A stretch of DNA of 64,000 bases from an uncultured bacterium (GCA_964626495.1 CAZVFT010000002.1:97-64096), one strand, 5' to 3'. Positions 18,240 to 27,412 are shown, counted from the first letter of the stretch. Made by a program: numbers and translations. The notes: generated by a model not told the origin, from the letters alone.

Positions 18240-19229
18240 TTAAACAATTTCGAGGGTCGGTGAAAGATACGGGCATCTAACTTTCTGATGTTCAGCTCCC
18301 TGGACAAACTCAGGCTCGTGGACACTGCAATCGTCAGTAACAATTGAGCACCTTGGATGAAACCGGCACCCGGCAGGTAACTGATTTGCTAGAGGAACAC
18401 TACCCGGAATAATGGGTAATTTTTCAACTGTCAATTCCAAATTGGGAATGCAGCCCATCAGGGCTTTTGTATATGGATGACTGGGATGAGAAAGGATGGT
18501 GTCTGTCGGACCTTCTTCAACAATTTGTCCTGCGTACATAACCATAATTCGATCGGAAATCTTTCCCACTAAATTGATATCGTGGCTGATAAATAAAACT
18601 GACATACGCAAGGTTGATTGAAGTTCTGATAGGAGATCTACAATCTCTTCCTGAATGGTGACATCCAAGGCAGTGCTGGGTTCATCAGCGATAAGAAGTT
18701 TCGGCTGGTTGGCAAGAGCCATCGCAATCATCACTCGCTGTCGCATTCCTCCACTCAGCTCGTGAGGATAACTTTTATATCGCTGTTTAGGATCAGGTAT
18801 CTTCACAATCTTCAATAATTCCTCAGCTTTCTCTCTTGCTTCTGATTTAGTCATTGACGTGTGTGTCAGGATGGCTTCTTCAATCTGTTTCCCGCACGAC
18901 ATCACCGGGTTTAGAGAAGTCATCGGTTCCTGAAAAATCATAGCAATTTCACTGCCACGAATGGTTTCAATTTCATCGGAAGAGGATGTCAAAAGATCCC
19001 TGCCCTTGAATGTAATAATTCCGTCAACAATCTTTCCCGGGGGCTCCACCAGACCGAGAATTGATAGCGCCATCATACTTTTCCCACAACCGGATTCGCC
19101 AACGAGTCCTACGGTCTCCCCCTGATAAATAACAAAAGAAACGCCATCTACTGCACGATAGACCTCTTCGTCCTTGAAAAAGTGCGTCTTCAAATTTTTA
19201 ATGTTCAACAATGTTTTTTCATTTTTCAT
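18240..19229 (-). CDS. ABC transporter ATP-binding protein, oligopeptide/dipeptide (DppD/OppD) type, no adjacent permease
   Basis: Walker A GESGCGKS, signature LSGGMRQR, Walker [13 protein letters not shown], Cys-rich oligopeptide-type C-terminal tail. Confidence 0.88.
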   Translation of the reverse strand: MKNEKTLLNIKNLKTHFFKDEEVYRAVDGVSFVIYQGETVGLVGESGCGKSMMALSILGLVEPPGKIVDGIITFKGRDLLTSSSDEIETIRGSEIAMIFQEPMTSLNPVMSCGKQIEEAILTHTSMTKSEAREKAEELLKIVKIPDPKQRYKSYPHELSGGMRQRVMIAMALANQPKLLIADEPSTALDVTIQEEIVDLLSELQSTLRMSVLFISHDINLVGKISDRIMVMYAGQIVEEGPTDTILSHPSHPYTKALMGCIPNLELTVEKLPIIPGSVPLANQLPAGCRFHPRCSIVTDDCSVHEPEFVQGAEHQKVRCPYLSPTLEIV

Positions 19230-19441
19230 TTTGTCTTTTTTCGTTTTCCAATTTCAATTTACAACGTTCACAGGAAGGACTTTCTGACCGGTAAAAATGA
19301 CGGTCTATTAAACCGCAAAGTGTTTTACCGTCCCTTATTATGTGAGTTTTATATTTTAGTTTATCAGGTTTCATAAATGTTTAAATAAAAGCTTTTGAAA
19401 TACTAATAATATAATAAAAGGATGGTTCAAATGAAACCAAC

Positions 19442-19477
19442 AAAAAAAGCGACGATTCTCAGGTGAAAACCGCCGCT
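19442..19477 (-). terminator. Putative intrinsic terminator closing the 27.4-19.5 kb operon
   Basis: On the minus strand, AGCGGCG-16 nt loop-CGUCGCU followed by a U-run, 43 nt after the stop of the 312-aa membrane gene. Confidence 0.5.
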
Positions 19478-19519
19478 TGAATTACATCAATCTTACAATC
19501 AAGACTGAGGTTAGTTATG

Positions 19520-20458
19520 TTACATTCCAAACGTCCGTTTCAGCGCTGGATCAATCAGCCACAGCCAATCATCCATGAGGAACTCCATACGGATAGCAAG
19601 AAGGGCAATACGTCCCATAACGGTATAACCAAAGGCAGCGCCAAAAGTAATCATCAGGAACCAGATGCCTAATTTAGCAGTTTTGCCCACAACACCCTTA
19701 TGCTCAATGGAAAAGAAGAAATAGACAATGGCTGTCAGCACACCGATGACAAGAACCAACGACCGTAATGAACCCCAGAAGTCAAATGCACCAGTCAAAC
19801 CTGTCGCCCATACTGTGATGATTGTATTTCGAATCTGGCTTAAAAAATCTGCATGTAAGAATCCGATGAGTCGAATGCCAGCGGTAGTACCAATAATAAA
19901 AGCCAGGGGCCATCGGCTGATCCAGGCACCTTTTGGTGACAGACGCATCAGAAGCATAATCCCAAGAATCAGAGGAAAGATATACATCAATTCTCTGTTT
20001 GCTTCCAGACCCGGCATTGCCCAATTATTTATCCATACAGGAAAGAGTTTGCCAAGCAGATTGGGTATAATGGTTGTCCAGAACCCAACCACCATCCAGT
20101 AAGCGGCAGAAACACCAACAACTACTGATTCAGCTATTTTGTAAAATGGATTATCCCGATAGAGAAATGACAGAATAAACAGAGTGAAAAATGCCGCTAC
20201 CCAAATCCCGATTGTTCGGGAAATACTCAACTGAAATTCAGTTTGATTGGGATTCTCAGTTATCGCTTGTTTGTATTCTTTAGGATCAGCATTTTCATAT
20301 CGAATCCATCGGTGTTCAGGAACCGGGTCATCAGGGTTTATCTCAACAGCCTGAACGTATGCCTTCCCCATTCCCTGGTTAGTAAAAAACAGTCGACCCA
20401 TCAGGAATAAACCACCAATCACCAGCAAAGTAACCCAGATAACTGTCTCACGCTTCAT
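19520..20458 (-). CDS. Multi-pass membrane protein, family not recognised (last gene of the MutL-like operon)
   Basis: 312-aa ORF with many hydrophobic spans; 1-nt overlap with the upstream gene. Confidence 0.65.
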   Translation of the reverse strand: MKRETVIWVTLLVIGGLFLMGRLFFTNQGMGKAYVQAVEINPDDPVPEHRWIRYENADPKEYKQAITENPNQTEFQLSISRTIGIWVAAFFTLFILSFLYRDNPFYKIAESVVVGVSAAYWMVVGFWTTIIPNLLGKLFPVWINNWAMPGLEANRELMYIFPLILGIMLLMRLSPKGAWISRWPLAFIIGTTAGIRLIGFLHADFLSQIRNTIITVWATGLTGAFDFWGSLRSLVLVIGVLTAIVYFFFSIEHKGVVGKTAKLGIWFLMITFGAAFGYTVMGRIALLAIRMEFLMDDWLWLIDPALKRTFGM

Positions 20459-21330
20459 CAGCGAACCTCACGTCTTTTCTCGACAAAGTAAATGACATTA
20501 GCCAAAATTATAAGAAGAATGATCAACAGATGAGCCACAAGCTGGGGACCCATTCTCCGTCTTCCCTCCAGATACTTTGGATCCGGTGTTTCACCCGCAT
20601 ATTTATCCACAACCAGTTTTTCATACTCAGCCGCTCCTTTGATAGCGCCAAGAAGTCCGGGTAACTGATCGGGGATATACGGATAAAGCAGGGGCGCTTG
20701 AACACCCGTACAACCTGCTACCAGTTTAATCTTATCTGGATATGGGGTGACAGCATATTGGACCCACTCTTTTGTACCTGCATAACCAGCGCTGATATTC
20801 ATAACAAGTTCAAAATCCTGTACACTGTGGATGTCTGCCATCATCGGAATATGATCAATGTTTGTTCCTTTGTCATCAGTCGTATAAAGCTGACGCAAGT
20901 CAGTGACAATAACTTTGATGACGCCCTCATTTCCCGGTTTGAATCCAATATTCACATAATCAATACCGTACTCCAAATGAGGGAAATCCGGTTTGATGAC
21001 CTTTTCGATAACATCGTCAATCATTTGCGGTCCCACAGGCCAGAGAGCCATAAAATATAATTTTAACCCTTTCGAGGCACAGTGATAGGTAAAAGCTGTT
21101 GCCATAGGTCCAAGTTCACCTTCACTCGCTGGATCAAAGTCAAACGATAGCAGGACTGGATCCCCTTTATCGAGTTCTTCAATAGCTCGAAATGTTTCCT
21201 CTGAAAGAATCGTGGGTACTTCGGGGAATGTCTTCCCTGTCTTCCCAACAATATAGATCGGGATAGATACAGAGATGAACATGAGCAGGAAAATCCAACG
21301 CCGATCAAGATTTTTAAAGAATTCAAACAT
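20458..21330 (-). CDS. Protein with N- and C-terminal TM helices flanking a roughly 230-aa soluble domain, family not recognised
   Basis: 290-aa ORF; TM at WIFLLMFISVSIPIYIV and LVAHLLIILLIILANVIYFV; tightly packed in the operon. Confidence 0.65.
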   Translation of the reverse strand: MFEFFKNLDRRWIFLLMFISVSIPIYIVGKTGKTFPEVPTILSEETFRAIEELDKGDPVLLSFDFDPASEGELGPMATAFTYHCASKGLKLYFMALWPVGPQMIDDVIEKVIKPDFPHLEYGIDYVNIGFKPGNEGVIKVIVTDLRQLYTTDDKGTNIDHIPMMADIHSVQDFELVMNISAGYAGTKEWVQYAVTPYPDKIKLVAGCTGVQAPLLYPYIPDQLPGLLGAIKGAAEYEKLVVDKYAGETPDPKYLEGRRRMGPQLVAHLLIILLIILANVIYFVEKRREVR

Positions 21331-21333
21331 ACA

Positions 21334-22032
21334 TCACTCCTCTCCAGTTCCCAGATAGGATCTGTCAACTCCAAGTAACACTTTTAGAGAAGTGGATGCT
21401 ATTCCTAAGGCAATGCCGATCATGATTGCTCTATTTCCTGCGGTATTAAATACACTCATAATGTAAATGGTTAGATTTTCAATTCGCAGACCACTCAAGA
21501 AATCGGGCATCCAGGAAGTAAGAAAAACACCGGCAAAAGTCCTGCCTAACAGGATAATGAATGCTGTACCGAGAAGGAGTATTGCTTCAATATTTTTTGC
21601 CCTGAAAGCACGAAAAGCGGCTGAGGCTATGTAGAATGCCAGCATAGCAAACATTGTCGCTGTGAGTGGTTTGAACGCATACTCATAGAGCCACCAGAAA
21701 GGACTCCCCAGCTCTCTGTATTCCCCCGAAAGAGGAAAATTCGGGTATAACGCACTTGGATGAACTCCAATCTTCCCCAATCCCACAATTAGTGTTCCAA
21801 TAAAAGCAACAATAGTGATGATCGAGTATCCCCATCCAGTAGCTTTGCTAGAAACCTTCTTTAAATGAATTCTAAGGAGATTACCACCCCCGAGTACGAA
21901 AGCAATGGATGCAAGGATATCAAACCAGATTGCTGCAACTTCACCCCAGTTCTGTGTTGCAGGGATGAAATAGGCAACAATAAGGACAAATCCCCCAAGT
22001 GCAGTAATAATAAGTGGAACAGTCCGTTTCAT
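21334..22032 (-). CDS. Multi-pass membrane protein, family not recognised
   Basis: 232-aa ORF with about 6 hydrophobic spans; 3-nt gap to the next gene. Confidence 0.65.
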   Translation of the reverse strand: MKRTVPLIITALGGFVLIVAYFIPATQNWGEVAAIWFDILASIAFVLGGGNLLRIHLKKVSSKATGWGYSIITIVAFIGTLIVGLGKIGVHPSALYPNFPLSGEYRELGSPFWWLYEYAFKPLTATMFAMLAFYIASAAFRAFRAKNIEAILLLGTAFIILLGRTFAGVFLTSWMPDFLSGLRIENLTIYIMSVFNTAGNRAIMIGIALGIASTSLKVLLGVDRSYLGTGEE

Positions 22033-22045
22033 TTAGATAACTTTC

Positions 22046-23239
22046 CTAGGTTAGTATAACACTTCGTAAAAATCGTACAGCATCATTTAACCAGCTGCCA
22101 AACGGTGTATCAATGCCTGCAATCATACCTACCGTTAACATCGTAACTCCAATAATGATGCCAGCCATAACGATAACTTTTCCTACATCCTGCCCCTTAA
22201 GGCTGCCAAGCTGATCAGGTTCTCCAGAAAGATAAGCCGATGCTGCAAAAAATTCCTCACCAATCAATGTGTAATCGCAGGCAGCCACAAAGAATGGGAG
22301 CTGAGCAGGCATAGCCGTTCCAGCCACCTGAATAGCACCAATGGAATTCCCCGTCTCAGCTAAAATCAGAGATTCTGCAAAAAATGCGCCCATATAAAAG
22401 CAAGCTGCTGGCTTTTCCCTGACCATCATCCCCTGAACATAAGCCACATATCCAAATTGCTCATCCGTGACGTAGTAAATATTATCCTGATTATAAGCCT
22501 CTGGTCTCCCCGCCGCAAGATAGGATGCTTGCACGGTCTCCCTTGCCGCCGTCATCACAAGCGAACGGCTGGTAGGAACTTCCACCTTTGCATCGAACTC
22601 AGCAGCAGTCTTAGCCACTCTCGATAAAACCGTAATACCAGCGATGGTCTGTATCTCATTCATATCCTGAATGCCGGCGATAAAGAGACACGAACGCCCC
22701 ATCTCTGTGGCACGACCCACCGCTTCATCCACCGCTTCTAATCCTGCTATCTTTCGAATTTTCAGCGGTCGACCTTTTCGAGCGTGATTAATCCAGTAGA
22801 AAACAGACCCACAGAAAACCAGTGTGATAATTGCCATAGAAAATCGGTTACCATCGAACCACTGCCTTGTGGGTTTAACTGCAATTTCTGTTCTGGCAGG
22901 AGTTGATTCCTGACCATCTAACCCCACTGCGGTCACCTGGAAATAGTATTCCTGGTTTCGTTTCAGCTTCTCAACAATAAACGAATTATCACCGGGAGAT
23001 AAATCGGCAACGACTATAAAAGGAGCTTTAAGTGAAGTGGAATAGTAAATTCGATAAGATTCCACAAGTTTTGAATCATCAATAGATAAGTCCCAGGATA
23101 AATCAATTTTATCTCCGTGGTCCCAGGGATGATCTTCAGCTATCAGATTAGCTGGAGGGTCGAGAGAGATTATCTCTCCAAAAGCACTGGTAATAACAAT
23201 CAATCCAAAAACAAAAACAGATGTAATAAAACGTCTCAC
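22046..23239 (-). CDS. Signal peptide + fibronectin type III domain + TM + roughly 230-aa domain + C-terminal TM protein
   Basis: 397-aa ORF; FN3-like segment (LSWDLS...YRIYYS...YYFQVTAV); 4-nt overlap with the ATPase gene. Confidence 0.7.
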   Translation of the reverse strand: MRRFITSVFVFGLIVITSAFGEIISLDPPANLIAEDHPWDHGDKIDLSWDLSIDDSKLVESYRIYYSTSLKAPFIVVADLSPGDNSFIVEKLKRNQEYYFQVTAVGLDGQESTPARTEIAVKPTRQWFDGNRFSMAIITLVFCGSVFYWINHARKGRPLKIRKIAGLEAVDEAVGRATEMGRSCLFIAGIQDMNEIQTIAGITVLSRVAKTAAEFDAKVEVPTSRSLVMTAARETVQASYLAAGRPEAYNQDNIYYVTDEQFGYVAYVQGMMVREKPAACFYMGAFFAESLILAETGNSIGAIQVAGTAMPAQLPFFVAACDYTLIGEEFFAASAYLSGEPDQLGSLKGQDVGKVIVMAGIIIGVTMLTVGMIAGIDTPFGSWLNDAVRFLRSVILT

Positions 23240-26200
23240 AATTCGTTCTTTCCTTCTCCCTCAATGAGTTCTACGTTAGCTCTCGGAATCGTAATTGGCG
23301 AACCTGAGTCAACAGAAACTTCAAGTACACGCGCTTTTGAACCTGATTCAAGTACCTGTGGCTCAGGTGGTAAACTATGAACTTTTCCGATAATTCCAAA
23401 GAAAGGATCTCGAATAATTCGAACGGGATATCCAATTTCCAATTGTCCGGACATATGATCCTTTTCATCTACCGCAGGGGGAACGGTTTCATCAACGGGA
23501 ATAACGATAACAGGTCTTATGACACCAGCTCGAATCTGGGTTGCGCCATTTATGGAAGCCTTACCTCCTTCTCTGGATTTCAGAAGATTAAATGTTCGTT
23601 CAGCCATAGCAATATTACCAAAACCCTCAGTAATAATCAAAGTTATTCCAAGGTGCTCGGAACCAGTAATAGCCACTCCCAGGTCGTATCCCAAAAATGT
23701 CTTTAGATCCTGATCATCAATACCTCCCGAAACAATGCCAGCAGCTTCCACTTCCACAGCTTTGTTAATTGCTTTTGCAGTCATTCTGGCACCACCAATG
23801 ATTACACACCCTTTCATATCCAGTGTGATATGGTCCTCAGTTATTTGCTCATCAGGAGATTCACATGCCATCTTGATTTTACCAAAAGTCTCACCCCCTA
23901 TTCCGAAAATACCCTGAACATACGTTACCTCAGATTCGATGATTACACCTTGATTTTCAATCACTTCTACAATTATCCCCGGATAAAAAGCCAGAACATT
24001 AACGGGTTGCTCCGGACCGCGAAGTATCACCTGTCCCGTCACCTCCGAAATGGTTTCAACTTTGCCAGCATCTTTACTTCTGAATTCATGCTTAAAAAAT
24101 CCAAATATCCCTTTGGTTCTTGCAAGGATATCTCCCACTTCTACTTTGTCTCCTTCTCTAACTACCATACATTCGGGAACATCTCCCGGTGGCAGTGAGA
24201 GTAAATTGGCAAGGTTGATGGGAATGACGTCACCGGGCATAAACGTTTCCGACACCACTTGCTGAGCCTCAACCAGTTCTCCAACTTTTACAACAACTTT
24301 CCCGGGAATTGGAAGAACCCGTCTTCGCTGGATAGTTGTCCGATGAGTAACTTTTAACCCGGGAGTATAAGCATGAGCCTTTTTAGGTCCAATTTCATTT
24401 GCTGTTCCTGTTTTTTCCGTATCGATTGAAATTGAAGGAGGAACGCCACTTTCTACACCCTGTTGTGTGGGATACAGATCAATATCATCAACCCACCTGC
24501 CGACAGAGATTTTAGATTGCGACTGATCTTCCGAAAGATTCAGTGGACGACCGCGACCGTCGAGAATCAACCCTACCAAACCGCCACGTACCTGTTTCTT
24601 TAATCGTTTCCCAGAACCATTTCCCACATCAAAAGATTTAGCTGGTTCAATAATAATGTCAGCTGTTTCATCTAAACCGAGAGGAAATAATTTCATCTCT
24701 CCAAATGTGATTTCTCCAGATTTATTCAGTGTCTCACCACTAATTTTATAGGAAAAGCACAACTTACCGGCTTTTGTACGACCAGCTGGAGCAATAACTG
24801 TTCCAAGGTAGATTAAGCAATCCTTTTTGAAAACTTCCATAGCAGCCTGAGGATGTACCTGAGCCAGCACACCAAGATGTGGCATCATAAAAATACTATC
24901 CTTTGCCAATGTTGTCACTCCTTCAGGCTGGAAGGCATCTATGAGAAGCAATGCAGTCTGATGCATCCTTGGTGCGTGGGAAAGAACTCCCCCTGAAGCT
25001 ACAAGAAGATTCAGTTTCATATTATCAACAATCGTCAATCCACCCATCTCTTGACTGAAAGTATCCCCCACAGATCGCTGACGCTGGACACCCTTCAAGG
25101 TGGTAGCAAATTCTTTATGCTGTTCATAAGCCAACCGAAGTGCTTCACGGGCTACCGCCTGTTCAAAAATTAATGCTTCCAATGACTGTGGGATAGTTGT
25201 TGGGCGTATCATTTTGTTTTTCACACGATTCCGAACGCTCCGCTCTTCCATTTCCAGATGTACCCACCTGAGGATATTTGGCATAGTTGTTTCAGCACAG
25301 ACGTTCGAGATGGAATAGCTCATACCAAGATTTGCACTCACAGTCCGATTAAATGTACCATCGAAGATACTGAATATATCTGTTGTGGCTCCACCTATGT
25401 CAACTCCCACCACGTTAATACCCTGCTGTTCTGCGATAGTCTGGAGAATATTCCCAACAGCTCCTGGTGTGGGCATAATTGGAGCATCTGTCCAATCCAT
25501 CAATTTATTGTAACCGGGTGCGTGTGCCATAACGTGTTCGAGAAAGAGATCGTGAATGGCATCCCGGGCGGGACCAAGATTTTCCATTTCTAATACCGGT
25601 CGCAGATTATCAACGATTGACAGGTCAAATTCTTCATTTTGAAACAGTCCTTCGATATTTGGAATGGCATCTCTGTTTCCTGCATAAATAATAGGAAGCT
25701 GGTATTGTGCACCAAATCTCGGCTGCGGTTTTGCCGGCGCCACTAGTTCTGCTATTTTAACAACGTGAGTAGTCGTCCCGCCATCGGTACCCCCGGACAG
25801 CAACATCATATCCGGACGTAAGTCGCGAATTCGTTGAATCTGCTCGTGCGGTTTCCGCCTGTCATTGGAAGCAATAATATCCATAACGATGGCACCGGCA
25901 CCAAGAGCCGCTCGCTTTGCACTGGCAACCGTCATCTCTCGAATCACACCTGCCACCATCATCTGCAGTCCACCACCAGCACTGGATGTGGAAATATAGA
26001 GATCACATCCTTCATTCTCTGTAGCCGGTTGGATAATCTTACCATTGTCATCAATCAGCCTTCGTCCAGCTAACTCTGATACCTCAGTTACCGAGTTTAT
26101 CACACCAACCGTGACGTCAGCAAAGGGCTCCTCTACCGTGGATGGAGCTTCTCCCCGATGAGTCTGGCGGTAGTGACCATCTATTTTTTGTACTAATATC

Positions 26201-26271
26201 GCTTTTGTGGTTGTACTTCCACAATCAGTAGCGAGAATAATATTCATCTTTTCAGGATCGGCTATTTTCAT
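23236..26271 (-). CDS. MutL/GlmL-like ASKHA (actin-fold) ATPase fused to a large C-terminal beta-rich module
   Basis: 1011-aa ORF; phosphate-binding motifs ILATDCGSTTTKAIL and VGVDIGGATTDIFS; C-terminal barrel-sandwich-like motifs (PGKVVVKVGELVEAQQVV, VVREGDKVEVGDILAR). Confidence 0.75.
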   Translation of the reverse strand: MKIADPEKMNIILATDCGSTTTKAILVQKIDGHYRQTHRGEAPSTVEEPFADVTVGVINSVTEVSELAGRRLIDDNGKIIQPATENEGCDLYISTSSAGGGLQMMVAGVIREMTVASAKRAALGAGAIVMDIIASNDRRKPHEQIQRIRDLRPDMMLLSGGTDGGTTTHVVKIAELVAPAKPQPRFGAQYQLPIIYAGNRDAIPNIEGLFQNEEFDLSIVDNLRPVLEMENLGPARDAIHDLFLEHVMAHAPGYNKLMDWTDAPIMPTPGAVGNILQTIAEQQGINVVGVDIGGATTDIFSIFDGTFNRTVSANLGMSYSISNVCAETTMPNILRWVHLEMEERSVRNRVKNKMIRPTTIPQSLEALIFEQAVAREALRLAYEQHKEFATTLKGVQRQRSVGDTFSQEMGGLTIVDNMKLNLLVASGGVLSHAPRMHQTALLLIDAFQPEGVTTLAKDSIFMMPHLGVLAQVHPQAAMEVFKKDCLIYLGTVIAPAGRTKAGKLCFSYKISGETLNKSGEITFGEMKLFPLGLDETADIIIEPAKSFDVGNGSGKRLKKQVRGGLVGLILDGRGRPLNLSEDQSQSKISVGRWVDDIDLYPTQQGVESGVPPSISIDTEKTGTANEIGPKKAHAYTPGLKVTHRTTIQRRRVLPIPGKVVVKVGELVEAQQVVSETFMPGDVIPINLANLLSLPPGDVPECMVVREGDKVEVGDILARTKGIFGFFKHEFRSKDAGKVETISEVTGQVILRGPEQPVNVLAFYPGIIVEVIENQGVIIESEVTYVQGIFGIGGETFGKIKMACESPDEQITEDHITLDMKGCVIIGGARMTAKAINKAVEVEAAGIVSGGIDDQDLKTFLGYDLGVAITGSEHLGITLIITEGFGNIAMAERTFNLLKSREGGKASINGATQIRAGVIRPVIVIPVDETVPPAVDEKDHMSGQLEIGYPVRIIRDPFFGIIGKVHSLPPEPQVLESGSKARVLEVSVDSGSPITIPRANVELIEGEGKNEL

Positions 26272-26334
26272 ATCTATTTCATTTGACTCTGTTCTAATTA
26301 TTATAATTTTAATACACCATTCTCAGGAAATGAA

Positions 26335-26397
26335 ACTGTCTGGCTTTTGATGGAACTTGTCTGGCCTTCGATAGAACCTGTTCGGCTTTTGACAGAT
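26335..26397. repeat. Three imperfect 21-bp tandem repeats
   Basis: acTGTcTGGCtTTtGAtgGAa / ctTGTcTGGCcTTcGAtaGAa / ccTGTtCGGCtTTtGAcaGAt, head to tail. Confidence 0.85.
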
Positions 26398-26409
26398 TGA
26401 ATATATCTA

Positions 26410-26563
26410 TAGCCCCGTCCTTCAGGGCGGGGAATAAAATCGCAATAACAAGACAGGGCGTTCACGCCCTCTTTTATTAGGCAGGCTCCTTTGGAAATAA
26501 CGCCGTGAACGGCGTCATAATATATGTTCAAATTTCTCAACCCCGCCCTGAAGGACGGGGCTA
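26410..26563. repeat. 154-bp palindromic element: perfect 23-bp terminal inverted repeats, each arm with an internal GC hairpin
   Basis: TAGCCCCGTCCTTCAGGGCGGGG at 26410-26432 is the exact reverse complement of 26541-26563; internal hairpins AGGGCGTTCACGCCCT (26455-26470) and ACGCCGTGAACGGCGT (26500-26515). Confidence 0.85.
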
Positions 26564-26642
26564 CGAAGTAATTTACGTGTTTGTTCACTTGTTTCATGGA
26601 ACACAGCCATTCATATCTGAAGATTGGTTTTGTGGCTTTTTA

Positions 26643-26981
26643 TCACACTCCACCACTTGATTTCTGTTTAGAATATTGTTCTTCAAAGTATTCAATTCTT
26701 TCACAGAGATAATCAACACTTCCTCTTTTCTCAAGAAACTCCGCAAAATGCCTATAACCATCACCACTTAGAATAGCTGAAACAATCGGATGGAAAAAAT
26801 GCATCGCCTGTGCTCCAATAAAATTCAGGGGACGAAATGTCTCAAGAAAAAGAAGCGCAGGAGTTGTGAGATGTCTTCTCGCAATTTCTTGACATACTCG
26901 ATCAACAATAACTTTCTGCGTCTCAGTAGGTTGTACTGAACCAACTTCATCAACAGCAAATGCGTGTTTTAACCAGCTCAA
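26643..26981 (-). CDS. Hypothetical protein (112 aa) with a central hydrophobic segment
   Basis: ORF with 4-nt overlap to the upstream gene; no family recognised. Confidence 0.55.
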   Translation of the reverse strand: MSWLKHAFAVDEVGSVQPTETQKVIVDRVCQEIARRHLTTPALLFLETFRPLNFIGAQAMHFFHPIVSAILSGDGYRHFAEFLEKRGSVDYLCERIEYFEEQYSKQKSSGGV

Positions 26982-27412
26982 TGTCTGTTAGATTTATTTA
27001 TATAAGTTTGAATTTTAAATATGACATCATCGCGATGAGAACCAAATAAAATATGCATACCGCGAAACGCATCCAACCGTGATGATTGCTTTCTTCCAGA
27101 TAGATATCCGCCATATTTCGTGTAATTAAATCTACGGATATTTTTCCAGAGATATCGCTGTTTACGGAATAAATATTTAGCGACAATCCCTTGAGAATCG
27201 ATGATATACATACTTGGAAAGTAGAATTTGTTTAAAGAAAAAATTAGAATCATTATGGAAAAGACACTCCAGAAAAGACTTTGAAAGGATATGTAAAGTA
27301 AGATTGATATAGCAATAATCACGAGTGTTGTAGAAATAAATGCAAATTTACGCTCAAGGGCAGGATATGCCTTCCATGAAAATTTATTATCTTGATTATC
27401 AATCCTTCTCAT
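26978..27412 (-). CDS. Membrane-hairpin protein with C-terminal PH-like (bPH/YdbS-like) domain
   Basis: 144-aa ORF; two adjacent TM helices then a roughly 80-aa basic beta-rich domain; assignment is by architecture only. Confidence 0.5.
   Translation of the reverse strand: MRRIDNQDNKFSWKAYPALERKFAFISTTLVIIAISILLYISFQSLFWSVFSIMILIFSLNKFYFPSMYIIDSQGIVAKYLFRKQRYLWKNIRRFNYTKYGGYLSGRKQSSRLDAFRGMHILFGSHRDDVIFKIQTYINKSNRH

Noticed and set aside
26301-26597. 98-aa minus-strand ORF spanning the tandem repeats and the palindromic element
   Set aside because: It is a read-through of repeats and hairpins (giving peptides such as PRPEGRGY and SFRAGL). An ORF made of inverted repeats is a typical spurious call, so I treated it as non-coding.
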